DNA from: Chrysomallon squamiferum
Taxonomy: Eukaryota; Animalia; Mollusca
Length of the DNA stretch: 64,000 nucleotides
NCBI GenBank assembly: GCA_012295275.1
Contig: CM022671.1
Location: forward strand, 10,354,001 to 10,418,000
Direction of reading: 5' to 3'
Below, one piece after another: positions 25,101 to 39,439 of the stretch (the first letter of the stretch is position 1; each line of letters begins with the position of its first letter). Under the pieces are notes generated by a model. It was not told the origin of the DNA. It was given only the letters and a program-made list of their open reading frames with translations, and searched no databases. Both the position numbers and the translations under genes were made by a program.

Positions 25101-26395
25101 TTCCATTAAATCTGCTTTTTACTAGTGTAGCCATGACAATGACAACTTATCAACACAAACAGTATTTTGGCTTTATGTGACCAATGATACTAAAACATGC
25201 GCAGTATATGGTAATTAATTGCAAATAAAATAGTTAATTGTCATCCACTGAAATGGCCTTAAAGAAAGCAATAACAGAAAATGAGTTGTATCAGCTTATG
25301 TATTTGAATGAATTTGTAACATAAAATAAGATTACAACTATATAATGACCACTGTAATAGCAGAAATTTATTTTATGGCAGAAATATAGCATGCAAGTTC
25401 ATTTTTCTGTACATGATCTACAAGCAAAATGTCTTCAGTCTGGACCAAGTATTATTTAACAAACTAACTAGACAACAGGCTTGCTGGAAAACAGTTATAA
25501 ACACAAACAACAGTGTGACTTTTTGTGGATATACCTATAGTGTTGTGTTTTTTGCTAACATCAAAACAATACAAATAATTAACCTGGATGTATATTATTT
25601 CAGTATAAAATAACTATCATAATTATACAAAACTTTATAATAATAATACTTACCAAAACACGTGAGTTCAGAAACACCTTGATAATAATGAAGATGTACT
25701 TGTTATTCTGAAATAAATGAAGCAAAATTTACACAGCATGTTACATAATGCAATAATTATATTTAAAAAATTAAAAATAAATTCATTTGGAAGGTAAATC
25801 GATTCTATTCTAGTATGTTTCTTCTACTAACTTACTTTTCAAACTTATGATTGATGAACAGCCACCAAAGATCCCAAAAAGAGTCAATTGTTGTTTTCTG
25901 TTGAATTTTCTTTCACTTACTTCAACAGTGCCAAAACCAAATAATGGTGTTTAGAACTCACACAGTGGTATTAAATTGAAACATTGTCACCTGGTGACAG
26001 AACAACTCACTTTGCCAGCCAGTGGTTACTGAAGCATGACACTTAAAAATAACATTTTAGACTGCTGACTGAAGCTACCCTGTCAGTGTGACAGCTCTGT
26101 GGTGTGAACAGAAACAAGCTGACTGGTCAAACAGGTCAGCTTGTCATGTCAGATGAAGTTAAACAAGTAAAAGAATTGAAAGAAAATACCTGGCTTTTTC
26201 TTAATAATTTCAACTGATAAATTGCGATTTCTTTATAAATAAAACATGAGAAATAAATATATAATATCTGTTTCTCACTTTCTTATCATACTGAATTTTC
26301 AAATGAAAGCAAGAGTTGATGTCAATAAAAGTAATTCATAAATTTTAAAGTGTTTGTTTCTAAATCAGTAAAATGTTTTCTTTTCTTTACTTTAC

Positions 26396-26442
<47 letters not shown>

Positions 26443-26729
26443 TTTATCATCGTTTTAATAATCATTAGCATAATAGTCTGTGTGTGTTTATCTGTATTTT
26501 AGTTATGTATATATGTGCATGTATTCAGAAGGGAGAAAATGTTTGACTTAATGATGAACTCACTGACTCAAAGGTTTTTATTGTTTATTTATCTTTTAGT
26601 CAGTTTAGAAACTAAGCTTAACAAATTCTTGATGCATATATTAATATCGACACTTGATTAGACTGAAGAAATATTTTAATTTTTTTTTGTTACTTATTTC
26701 ATATAGTGATATGGAGATTACTTAGTAGT

Positions 26730-28980
26730 TAGTTACCAGTTAGATAAATTGTATTTATGGTAATACATGCTATAACCATTCTTTTCAGTAGTTTCTTGAA
26801 TTATCTATGAATATACCCTCTCATTCAAATTAATGCTAACTGATTTTTATATTTTAGTTGAACATTTTACTCAATCTGATTTGCATTTGTGGATGGTTTC
26901 CATCATAATATATATATATATATTTTTAAACTTTCTTACCTACTGCAGTTAAACTTTTATTATTTATTCATTTTTAATAATATGATTTATTATTTATTAT
27001 ATTCTATTTTAATCAGTTTAGAAGACTATTTACGCTTAACAACAAACCCTTGATACACAGATTAATATCAACATTGAAATAGTCTGATGAAATATTTAAT
27101 CTTACTTCAACAATGAAATCAATGCAATAATTTCACCAGTTCTTTTGATGATGAAAGAGAGCTGTGAGTTAAAATGGTTTCTAATTTCTAATTCTAAAAT
27201 AGGAAATAAGGTCTATTAATTTGTTGTTACATTTTAGCTTTTAATATTTTATCAGAAATATTTACCTTAACTTTTTACTTGTAGTATTTTTAGTTGACAA
27301 TTTTGTACAGTACAGTTCAAAAAAAAATTTACAAAAGGTACTACACAGTTTGATTTGAATAAAATAAAATAAAAAATGGCTACAAAACAACAATAATATT
27401 AATAATAATAAAAAACGGTAGTTCAGTTGATAATTATTTGTAAAGCTCTATACTCCTGAAAATAAACTTAATGATGAGGCTTTAAAAAAAAAAATATTTT
27501 TGGAGAATTATTTTTTTTTTTATTACTTTATTCATTGTGATATTGACTTTTTTATTACAATAAAATGTCTTAGTACCAGTTTGATAAATTGTAATTATGG
27601 GAATATACATGCTTAAACCTTTGTTTTTAGTAGTTTCTTGAATTGTCTTTGAATATACCCTTAGTTTCAAATTAATGCTAAGTCATTTTTACATTTTAGT
27701 TGAAAATTTTACTCAATCTGATTTGAAGTTGTGGATTGTTTCCATCATAATATATATATTTTTTTAAATCTTACCAAGTGCAGTTAAACTTTTATTATTT
27801 ATTCATTTTTTTAATAATATGATTTATTATTTATTATTTTCTATTTTAATCAGTTTTAGAAGACTATGCTTAACAACAAACCCTTGATACACAGATTAAT
27901 ATCAACATTGAAATAGTCTGAAAAATATTTAATCTTACTTCAACAATGAAATCAGTGCAATAATTTCAACAGTTCTTTTGATGAAAGAGAACTATGAGTT
28001 AAAATGGTTTCTAGTTTCTAATTTCTAATATCCGAAATAAGGTCTATTAATTTGTTGTTACATTTTAGCTTTTAATATTTTATCAGAAATATTTATCTTA
28101 CTTATTTGTAGAATTTTTAGTTGACAATTTCTGTACAGTTTTCAAAATTTAATGTACTACAGTTTGATTTGAATAAAACAAAAATGGCTACAACAATAAC
28201 AGCAATATTAATAATAATAAAAATACAGTAGTTCAGTTGATAATTATTTCTAAAGCTCTATACTCCTGAAAAATAAACTTAATGATGAGGCTTTTAAAAA
28301 AAATGTATGTTGCAGAATTTTTTTTTTATTCCTTACTTCATTGTGATATTGACATTACAATACAATGTCTTAGTACCAGTTTGATAAATTGTAATTATGA
28401 TAATACATGCTTAAACCTTTGTTTTTAGTAGTTTCTTGAATTGTCTTTGAATATACCCTTAGTTTCAAATTAATGCTAAGTCATTTTTATATTTTCGTTG
28501 AAAATTTTACTCAATCTGATTTGAAGTTGTGGATTGTTTTGATCATAATATTTTTTTTTTAAATCTTACCAAGTGCAGTTAAACTTTTATTATTTATTCA
28601 TTTTTAATAATATGATTTATTATTTATTATTTTCTATTTTAATCAGTTTAGAAGACTACGCTTAACAACAAACCCTTGATACACAGATTAATATCAACAT
28701 TGAAATAGTCTGAAGAAATATTTAATCTTACTTCAACAATGAAATCAGTGCAATAATTTCAGGAGCTCTTTTGATTACAGAGAACTATCAGCTAAATAAG
28801 CTCTATTATGTTGTTATTATCTTTTGTTACATTTTAGATTTTAATATTTTAGTCAGAAATATTTATCTTACATACTTCTATAATGTTTTATTTTCAATTT
28901 CTCTACACTACTTTCAAATTTGATGTACTATAGTTTCTTTTGAGAAAAAACTAAATTGCTACAAGAATAACAATAATAAC

Positions 28981-29014
<34 letters not shown>

Positions 29015-29050
29015 TAATACAGTAGGCTTAATTTGGAGGCTTTGAAAGAA
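26730..29050. repeat. Tandem triplication of an ~800-840-bp AT-rich unit
   Basis: Anchor TACCAGTT(T/A)GATAAATTGTA at ~26734, ~27574 and ~28374. Units 2 and 3 are nearly identical over their first ~370 bp. Confidence 0.9.
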
Positions 29051-30178
29051 AAATGTTTAAGTATTGTCTTGTTTTTATTAATTAGCTTACATTATATTTT
29101 CAAAAAATTGGAAAAGACAAGTTAACTATGAATTAAATGAATGTTTAAAAATCTTAATGTTTTAATCAGGAATGTCTAATAAATGTGTAACATAACAACA
29201 ATTGGAAACAATGCTCGGCTATTGGCAGAAACAGTGAATGATTCACAAAAATGAATTTATTTCTAATGCAATTTGATTTGATTCTTATTGATTATTTTAA
29301 CTCAATATTTTGAAAATAAATATCCTCTCCAAGAAAAAGGAAATTTCACAGTGCAGGCAAAAGAAGAAATTATATATAAGAAATGTAAGGAATTAAACTA
29401 GATTTATTTGATGGCTAAGTCTGTTAGAGATTGAGCATGTGACCTCTAACATGTCTTTTTAGATTTTCTGATGACTTGATAACAATCTAGCAAAACATCT
29501 TAATTCAGACATTATCTACACACATTGGGTTTCGATATGGTTACAGTAGCATAAAGACAACTAATAAAATAAATTAAGTATCTGAAACTAATGGCACTAA
29601 CCTGAGTTCATTGTCAAATTTTGTGATTTCCTTCTGAGGCAGTTTTACCTTCCTTCAAATCTTGTGTCATTTTCACAGTTTAGTTTTCTAGCTGCAGATT
29701 ACTGAAAACATAAAATAAATAATTTATATACATTTTTTTTTACACAAAATGTTTGTTAAGAATAAATAATTATTTCACTGAAAATATTAATATATTTTTT
29801 CAAAAAGAAAAATTAAAATAACCTGATTTCAGTACATAAATGTATTTATTGTTGTTTTTAAAATCTGGTTATTAATATGACGAAAGGTTCCAAGTACCTC
29901 TTGTTTCATAATTATCATTTGCTCTAACATTACTGCTCTATCAATATATTGTCACTCCACTCATAAACACTGACATATGGAAAACACATGGAAAACTGGA
30001 GTTAAAATGGTTAACTCCTGGAAACCCTGGTGTAATCTCTTTTCCATGAGAAATCCACCTTTTTGTATTCTTTTCTTTTCTTTATTTCCTTGTTTATTTC
30101 TTTATTTTTTTCATTTATATCTTTATTTGTTTAAATGTTCATCAGAGTCAATAGATGTGACCTCAATTTTTCAGATAT

Positions 30179-33100
30179 CATTGTATGTTTGAAGAGACTC
30201 GCCGCCATTTGGTCGACCCTGACATGGTGTAAGCCCGTAAGAGAAGCTGTGACGAATATTCACATACGGATTGTGCTTGCTGAGCGGAATTCAGAAACGA
30301 AAGATACTGTTTCATTTACTTTCTTTATTTACTTTTAGATTCTTATTTATATTATTTGTAGCCATTTGTATTATTGTTACCCTTATTACTTTTCTTTTTA
30401 CTTTTTTACTGTTTGTTCTTCTTTGTCTTTTGCTTTCTGGTATCTTAAATAACAAATATATCTTTTAGCTTTTTCTCGGTCTCAAAGTGAGTTATCATAG
30501 CTTTAGACTTTTTAAAATTTATATAGATTTGTCTATATATTTAAAATTGAACTATTATCAAAAAACAAAAGAACAACAACAATTACACAACAAGCCACAC
30601 ACAATGGCAACCAAACACATGAAAACATACAGCACCGTGACTGACCACTCAGATATGGAAACTAGAGTTCCTAAACGACCGAGGGACATGAGCCCTAGAT
30701 CCGTAGAAAAAAGCAAATGTAACAGCAAACAAAAAAAAAATCAACGACAACACATCCACACACACACATTCTGACTCAGAGGAAACAGCAGAATAAAAAA
30801 TCATAAACCGAAACATACACATATTAGCAAGCCTATGTGACACCGACACCGAAAATGAAAGCAATCAAAACATTTGGGAAACAATAAAGAGGAAAAAAAC
30901 TAAACATATTGAATGCTGAGCTACCATCACGATCCACAAAAAAACACATGCAGAGATCAAAAAAAGTTGCGATATTTGTTAGAAGTGCCATCACCAAATA
31001 CTCACCAACTATATTAGCAAGAACACCTTGGACACATCCATTTTCACACCCAAATGGAACTTCAACAAAGCATGCAGAAACATCACCACAAAGAACCCCA
31101 ACGACATCGACACCTACTGCACATCGCTCACCAACACGATACCCTCCATTGCTAACAAATTCATACCCAAAACCAGACAATGCACCGGCAAAATATCCAC
31201 TCCCTGGTGAGCGGAACGCATAGAAAAGAAATGCAAAGAAAGAAACAAATTCAGAAGACAATACAAAAAAGACAGAAATTATTCCAGACACGAAAAATAC
31301 AAAATAGCAAGAAAAGAAGTTTCCAATCTAATTCTCATTGCAAAACAAGAACACTGGGAACTTTTTTGCAACAACATCGACCACAAAACATCAGTCAAAG
31401 ACGTGGGCCAAAGTGAAAAACTTCCAAGGCAAAAAAATCCACAGAATTAACACTGTCTACAAAAACAACATCCAATTCACCAACAAGCAAAAAGCGGACC
31501 TACTCAGCGAAACTTTCACCAAGTCCAGCAGCAACTCAAACTTCCCAGTGAAATTCACAAAGAAACCACTGGACAATCTAACAATCGACAAATATTCCGC
31601 AGACACAGAACACATGAAATACAATCAACTCTTTAACATCAGCGAACTTGAACATGCCCTCAAAAACAAGAAAAGTACAGCCACAGGAGCAGATAAAATA
31701 AGCTACACAATAACACAACACCTACCAGATGAAACACTACTAATCTTACTCGCCCTCTACAACACAATATGGACCACAGGCAAGATTCCAACAAACTGGA
31801 AACATGTCGAATGTTTCAGTTTGCCCAAACCACACAAAGATCACTTACTACCCAACAGCTACAGACCGATCACACTGACGTCACGCATGCAAAACACTGG
31901 AAACGATGATCAACACACACCTGAGCCAGCATTTAAACGACAACAACTTAATCAGCAAATATTAAAGCGGCTTCAGGAAGAAACAGAGCACAAATGACCA
32001 GATCACACGCCTGCAAACATCAATCAACCAATCTTTTATTAAATAAAACAAATTCAATACAGTATTCCTATACATTGAAAAAGCATTCGACATGGTATGG
32101 AGGGAAGGACTGCTCGTCAAATTAATCAACAATAACATCAAAGGCAACATGTTCAACTTCATCAACAACAGATCCATAGCAGTCAAAGTGAATGGTCACA
32201 CCTCCGAGAAAATGATAATCAAAAATGACATTCCACAAGGATCTGTGATCTCACCAACACTCTTCAACGACATCGTACCAGCACTTGACAAACAAGACAA
32301 CGCCAAAACTCCACCAACCCAACCAATAAACACAGCACTCTTTTGAGATGACTTCACCTTTTGGCCTGCAGGCAGATCAACCGCAATACAGAAACAAATA
32401 CAAAAAGACCTAAACAATGTAAATAACTGGGCATTGAAATGGGGCATAAAGATTTCTCTTTCCAAAACGACATGCCTCCTTTTCAACAGAAAAACAAACA
32501 AAATCACACTAAACATTGACAACAACGTCATAACACAAACCAAAACATTCAAATTTCTAGGTGTGACATTTGACAGTCAACTCAACTTCGAATGCCACAT
32601 ACACAACATAATTGCATCCTGCAAAAAAAACGCTCAATCTTCTAAAGCTAATTTCCGGAACCAGTTGGGGAGCAAATGAGTCAACACTAATTTTGATGAA
32701 CAAAGCGTGTATTCTCTCCAGGCTCGACTACGGAGCCACGGCTTACTTGAATGCTCCCGAACACTGTTTAAAAAAACTAGACACACTTCAATCCAGCGCC
32801 CTCAGAGTGATCGGCCCCTACCAAACACAACACCGTCTGACAGCCTCCTGTCAGAATACAGCATCCAACCACTGAAATACAGAAGAAAGCTGCAGCTACT
32901 GAAATACAACCTGAAAATATACACCCTGAACACAGACCACCCTGTCAAAGATCTGGTCCCCGTTAAATCGCATAATCCACTACTATCGAATTTCCGGACA
33001 ATTGCCAACAAAATCGAAAGGGAAACAGGATTAGGAGAAATGCCACAGCCAGCATACCACAAAGAAACAAAACCAGCAATAAACACACCTTTCCTGATCA

Positions 33101-34610
33101 AAACAGAAACAGAGAAAACAGAGTTCACACCCTTCAAAAAAGCCATATTTCTAGCAGCAGCAAACGACAACTACAAACAACACACACACATCTACACCGA
33201 TGCCCAAGATCACACAAACAAACCCACATGCATACAATTCGGCCGCATCAGAAATCACCTTTCAGTGTACATTGCTGAATTGGTTGCCATCATCAAAGCC
33301 ATGCTGTGGGTGAAACACAACAACAACAAACACACAGTCATATTCTCGTACAGCCTAAGTTCCGTCATCTCAGTACAATCTGGACATTCCAGCAGACCAG
33401 ACCTACTCAGCAGAATACAACATCTACACGAGGACATACAACACAACGACAAACAACTAATCATCAAGTGGCTCCCAGCACATGTCAGCATCATCGGCAA
33501 TGAACTTGCCGACCATTACGCCAAAGAGTCACTCAGCATTAAAGCCAAAGACATCTGCACCGATATACACTATGAAATAAACAAAATTCTCTCCATCGCA
33601 GTCAAACATTATGACAAGCAGTGGCAAAACGAATGGAACAACACCAAAAACAAATGACACTTGAACATCAAACCACTAACAAAAACACTCAAAATCACAC
33701 TCGCCAACAATCTCAGCAAAGTAAGAATTGGTTACTTGACCAACTTAACTGCAATCTGATACAAATACCACAACACCACATCATCCAACTGCAGCTGTGC
33801 ACTCTCTGAAACCATCAAACACTACTTGTTTCACTGTCACAATTTCGCCAAGGAAAGACAAGCACTACGTAACACACTGGAGGAACTAAAAATCAATTTC
33901 AGGCTCCAAAACATCTTGGCACCAAACACGAAAGACAGAGAGTTAGTCCTCACTGCAGTAACGGACACTGAACACAAAACACAAACTTTAGACTCTTGGA
34001 AAAAATTAACAACAATCGAATGAATTTACTGACTTACAGATTGATTGGTTGTCCAACTGACTGATCTTTGGATGGATCGACTGTTTGACGGATCAATTTG
34101 AATTACCAGTTAAATTAATAATTTTTTTTTTTTTTTTTTAAATGTACATAATAAATATAAATAAGTTAACTACACTCATGTTCTTATTCTGAGTTGCAGA
34201 TGTTTATAGCATTTTATAAATTAATAAAAAGACATTTGGAAAGAAAAAAAAGTTTGGAATTGTTGGACCAGAGGGAAGCAGCCAAAAAAAACAAGGAAAC
34301 ATCAACAGCAGCCAAGAACAGAACAAACAAACAGGACCCAACCAACACGGACCCGGTGACGAATACGAGACATTCAGCGAGCAAGACAAGTGCTGGAAAC
34401 AACAAGAAGCAGAAAACATCAACGAAACATTGCAACCGATTCATTACAATCCAATATGCTGGACACTCCCTTGTGTCCTGTAATCGTAACGAGAACCCAT
34501 TCACTTTCTTTAGCCAAAACTCTTTTCTGCGACAGACATGCCCGCTGACCTGTCAGAAAGCGTGTCTGTCATAGACGTGCTTTGCAACAGCTTGCTCTGA
34601 TTAGCACATT
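30179..34610 (+). mobile_element. Decayed, internally deleted I-group (I/Nimb-like) LINE with RT and RNase H
   Basis: Fragments: ATGADKISY, LPKPHKDHLLPNSYRPITLTS, IEKAFDMVWREGLL, IPQGSVISPTLFN, F*DD (dead FADD), KFLGVTFD, RNase H (IYTD, AELVAI, WLPAHVSIIGNELAD) and C-terminal C..ETIKHYLFHC. Most of ORF1 and the endonuclease are missing. Ends are approximate and no TSD was found. Confidence 0.9.
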
Positions 34611-36852
34611 AATTTTTTTCAAGGTTCAAGGTAATTAAAATAGAGAAGAGAACAGAGCATAGAGAATTAAGAGAGAGTGAAATAAATGGTGAAGTTGAGA
34701 ATTCAGGTAGGCGGGGAAACCAAATGTTTTTGAATGACGAATACGAAACCTTTAACAAGCTAGAAAAGTGCCGGAATCAACAAGGAGCAGCAAATATCAT
34801 AATTAAATAATTAACGTGAACCTTCACTGAGGTGTTGTGTTTATTTCTCTAGAGGATAGATAGACTTATTGATTTATATAGATTGCTGTCAATTTAGCAT
34901 TTTTATACCTTCTTAGGTATAAAATTAAAGCACTGATTTGAATAAATGGATTGTTTGTTTCATATTGAGTACATTCTAAATCTTAATGACTAGGTAATTT
35001 TTATTTTTATAATTTATTTATTTTTATTAATAACTATTTTATTATTTGTTAAGTTTAGAAGACTGACAACAAATGCATGATGCACATATTAATATCAACA
35101 CTGCATCAGCAGATGTTTCATTATTATTATTATTATCATTATTATTGTTTTATTTAATCTCAGTTTAAGTATTTAGAAATATATAAAATTGTACACAGAT
35201 GTATATTATAATTATGACAAATTAAATTGTATTATTTTTGTTTATTTATTTTTGATACATTTTAAATTTTAATATTTCAGTCAGAGGCTTTTAAACAAAA
35301 AGTAATGTCACCAATTTTTTTTTTGTAGTATTATTATTATTAAAATGACTAATTAACTATGAATTAAATGAATATTTAAAAATCTGAATGATTAAGCAAA
35401 AGTATTTGAATAAATGTGTAACATAACAGCAGCTGGAAACAATGATCAGCTATTGGCAGAAACAGTGAATGATTCACAAAAATGATTTGATTCTTATTAT
35501 TTTAACTCATAACATTTAAAAATAAATATCCGCTCGAAGAAAAAGGAAAATGACAGTGCAGGTGAAAGAAAAATTAACTATAAGAAATCAATGAATTGAT
35601 AACAGATTTAGTTAACGGACAACTCTGTAAGAGATTGAGCAGCTAACACACCTGCCAAATTTTAGATCATGACCACTATATAAATAATCAAAATTATACT
35701 TTGCACCATACATTACACTATAAAAATAATATCCCAGATTATTAGTTACTCTATGATTTTCTCACATTTAAACACAGGATATAGCTTAAGTATTTTGTAT
35801 AAACTTACCAAAACACATCCTAACATCGTTATTCAAAGAATAATTTTTATCTCATATCAGTACTGGTAATTCTGAAACAAACATAAAAAAAAAAACAATG
35901 AAAAATTAAATATCATTAGTAAAATGAATTGATTTTTCAGGACAAAGTATCATTCATTAGTAGACTTACTTAACTGACTAATTATCTAGTTTAAAATAGA
36001 ATTTAGAAAACTTTATAAAATATCAAAAATCAAAATGGCTGATTAATTATACCTTTCAAAACTTAAAATAAATGTAAAATAAGCTTGGCATTTCAACTGT
36101 CAGTTTGAAAATAATGGTCACTGACATCTCAATCTGGTAAGCCAGTTGCTAGATTTCTATTGAGACTTAATAAAGCAGCTTCACTAGTATCAAACAATGG
36201 CCCAGTTATCCTTTTTATTATCTAATTTAAAGTTCAGAACTATGATATGAATTCAGCTGTTTAATTCTTTATATGTTTAAAGACATTAGAATACAGATTA
36301 AATAATTTTGGATAATTATAACTAATTAAATTAAATGTTTTTAATTTCCATTAATATATTGTGGAATTATTATTATTATTATTATATAATTTTTGTGCAT
36401 AAGGGAAGGTGTAGTTGTGAGTAATACTTGATTTTCGATTATTAATAAAATCTATTATCAACTGTCTTTCGCATGTTTATCTGCTTAAATTTGTATTTTT
36501 TTTTTTGGGGGGGGTCGTTACTATTGTTGTTTTTCCAGTTCCATGGACCAGTCATTACAATATTCCAAATTACAATGCTCTCGTTTATATTTATCTAACG
36601 CTACAGCTGACTGTCATAATCTAAAATTAAATATTTTCCGATATAATTTAATTCAACTAACCTCGTCAAAACAAAAGATTATTTCGAACAATTTCTTCCA
36701 TTTTTATAAGAAGTGACCGGTACTCTGTAATAGGTGTTATTTTAGTAATTAAGTCTACGCGCAATTGAAACGGGCACCAGTTCTTTTATTTCGAATTTTG
36801 ATATTTTTTTTTTCTTTTTATTATGTTCTTTTTGTTACTTTTTTTTTTTTTT

Positions 36853-36887
<35 letters not shown>

Positions 36888-37158
36888 TTTTTTTTTTTTT
36901 TTTTGCTATTATTATTTCTTAAATTAAAATTATTATTATTATTTTTTTTTTTATGTTTGTTTATTTATTTATTTATTTTTTTTATTTTTTTTTTTTTTTT
37001 TTTTTGTAAGCAGTAACAACAACAAAAAGTACCTTTCGTAACATTTATTAAAAACTCATCTAAGTTTTGCTTTTCAAAAATAAATAAATGTAATATAAAT
37101 TTTATAAATTAACAAAAAAAATGTCCATCCAATTTTCATTTTCGTTTTGTGTTTTTGC

Positions 37159-37251
37159 TTATATTTTTTTCTTCTTCTGGGTGTCGGATAAACATTCACT
37201 GGGTTCTTTGTGACTTCTCTGTCCAACAAGATATGCCAGTTTGTGAGCATA
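37159..37251 (-). pseudogene. PIWIL2: PIWI last pseudo-exon YAHKLAYLVGQRSHKEPSECLSD-TQKKKKI*
   Basis: Catalytic His present. There is an 11-bp tandem duplication at the acceptor (37252-37262), and the terminal LFFL/LFYL motif is replaced. Confidence 0.9.
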
Positions 37252-37825
37252 CTGTGAGCATACTGTAATAAAAAAATAATAAAACAAATAATGATTAGTA
37301 CTTGAAATTAAAAAACACACACACACAGTTATATATATAATGTATTTTTATTTCTTTTGATTTATAAATAACTCCAACAAAATCCCCAAAATATGACAGT
37401 TTGAGTTAATACACACGTTTCAAACAAAACCATGGTAACTTTTTCTTATTTAAATGAACAGCGCATAAAACAAAATTTCTAGCAAAACAAATATCTTTGT
37501 TTTGATTAGACTCCCACCTGACTCCAGTGTTACTGGGAATTATATTTCAAACTTGAATATTAACTTTATTTTGCTGACAGAAACATTACATAGAATTACA
37601 TTTCAAGTTAAACCATGTAAATTTTCATATAATTAAAGAAACATCATGGAAAATGTCCTTTGAAGCTGGCACAAAAATGACTGACAAATTTCTACCTAGT
37701 AGAAAAGTATTCAGATCTTATGTTGATTACAGAATGAAATCTCTGAACCATAAAAGACATATCCAGCAACCAATATTTGTTTCCATGACAACATATAAAA
37801 TTACCATATCAACAAATATGCATAC

Positions 37826-37996
37826 CTGACATGGTGCAGGAGCTCTGATTGTCCGAGGCCAGTTGAAGTAGAAGTGTGTCATTTTGTAGGCCAGTCTTTG
37901 CATCTTGTCTGGAGGCAGGCCGATCCCATCGTGGATGATGATGTAGTGAGTAGGAGAGACAGTTCCCTGTCATACATGCTGAGACACGAGGAAGAT
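37826..37996 (-). pseudogene. PIWIL2: PIWI pseudo-exon [16 protein letters not shown]...[13 protein letters not shown]; premature TGA, native 5' end/acceptor lost
   Basis: TGA at 37970-37972 (conserved Arg position). The YDF codons are absent, and the nearest acceptor gives an exon start at 38058. Confidence 0.92.
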
Positions 37997-38078
37997 AACG
38001 AGAAAGTTTGTTCCTTTTTTAAATATTATCTCAGTACCATTTTCTCAAAAGATTTATTCTAAAAAAAAGGACACATAC

Positions 38079-38109
<31 letters not shown>

Positions 38110-38285
38110 TTAGCACCATTAAAAACACAAAACAAACAAGAACAATATTATAGATGTTTTCCCTTTTTTTTAATTAAAGAAATGTTTGTAAGATTGCATA
38201 CATGAGAATTACTGTTTTGGTCTAATAAATAGTCAGTTAACCACATAACTGAATCCTTTTTAATAATTTAAAACAAAATGATCAG

Positions 38286-38325
<40 letters not shown>

Positions 38326-38342
38326 GTGTTTTGATTACTTAC

Positions 38343-38410
38343 CAGTCTCTTCTGGTAACAGTATGATCAACAACTGTACCTGGAGGTGGATTCTGCAGAT
38401 CTCTGGGTGT
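38343..38410 (-). pseudogene. PIWIL2: PIWI pseudo-exon TPRDLQNPPPGTVVDHTVTRRD(W)
   Basis: tttcag...gtaagt, 68 nt. Confidence 0.92.
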
Positions 38411-38819
38411 CTGAAACAGAAATATATTTTTTAATTTAATTTTTTTATTTACATTATTTTTATTTATAAATCTTTATATTTTTAATACTTCTTACTATAA
38501 AACTTCCAAATTTTTGTCTCACTGAAAACCTATAATAACATCCCCAATAACTATAGTCTGTTTATATCTATAAAGTACCATTGTCAGTGGACACAGAACA
38601 ATTTACAGAATCATTTTTACAGATTATAGTATTAGCTACTTCTGCCAAATGTAACAGAATTTGATTCTTGCATAAAACATGAACTAAAATAACACTTCTG
38701 CTCTTTTACATGCCTTCCTCCACCCTGAAAAGACTCGAGCTTTAAATAAATGTTTCTCAGAACATTCATGATATTTAGTGTAACAGTGAACCTGGTAGTT
38801 TCTGCTCTGACATTATAAA

Positions 38820-39215
38820 TAATACTGATACTGAACTCTATATTAGAACAATGCTGATTGTGAACTGGACTTTACAATAACTCATACTTAACTGGATATT
38901 ATCATAATACAGATATTGAACAAGACATTACAAGAAGTTTTGATACTGAACTGGATATTCTAATAATAATAGTAATACTTAACTGGGGATATCATAATAA
39001 TAATAATACAGATATTTAACTGGATGTTATAATAATACATATACTTAACTGGATATTATAATAATACAGATACCGAAGAAGATATAAGAAGTTTTGATAC
39101 TGAACTGGACAGAATAAAATTGATGTTGTATTGGACATTATAACAAGACTGAGACTGGACATTATAACAAGACCGATACTGGACATTATAACAAGATATA
39201 CACTGGATATCACTT
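38820..39215. repeat. Degenerate intronic minisatellite with ACTG(A)ACTGGA(T/C)ATTATAA core
   Basis: More than 10 imperfect copies at irregular ~20-45-bp spacing inside a PIWI intron. Confidence 0.75.
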
Positions 39216-39253
39216 TTGCACTGGGCATTATAATAAATTGTAACAAAGCTTAC

Positions 39254-39439
39254 ATTGTGGAAGATTCTTGTGACGATTCGTTTCTGAACAATGATGACCG
39301 ACAGCTGAGGCATGTAGTCTCCAAACTGTGCGAAACAATTCTCAAGCTGTTTGACTTCATAGCCAGACACTGTGTTCAGCTGACCATCAAACACACCATC
39401 ATGATACACTATTATCTTGTCTGGCAACTTGTGATTCAC
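39254..39439 (-). pseudogene. PIWIL2: PIWI pseudo-exon with second catalytic D (YHDGVFDGQ; canonical YRDGV[G/S]DGQ)
   Basis: aatag...gtaagc, 186 nt open; matches ORF 39056..39439. Confidence 0.93.

Larger units (their letters stand above)
24246..35871 (-). pseudogene. Unidentified spliced gene remnant; candidate exons 35809-35871, 29649-29701, 25654-25707, 24767-24881, 24246-24419
   Basis: Each segment is bounded by a pyrimidine-rich CAG acceptor and a GTAAG/GTAAA donor on the minus strand. The last two splice in phase to IMKLQNEYKAEAKQETDAVYK...MNRIDEANFLQICENSENIEIKLKIRKKR*KTVEKK..., with one internal TAG. Confidence 0.5.
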
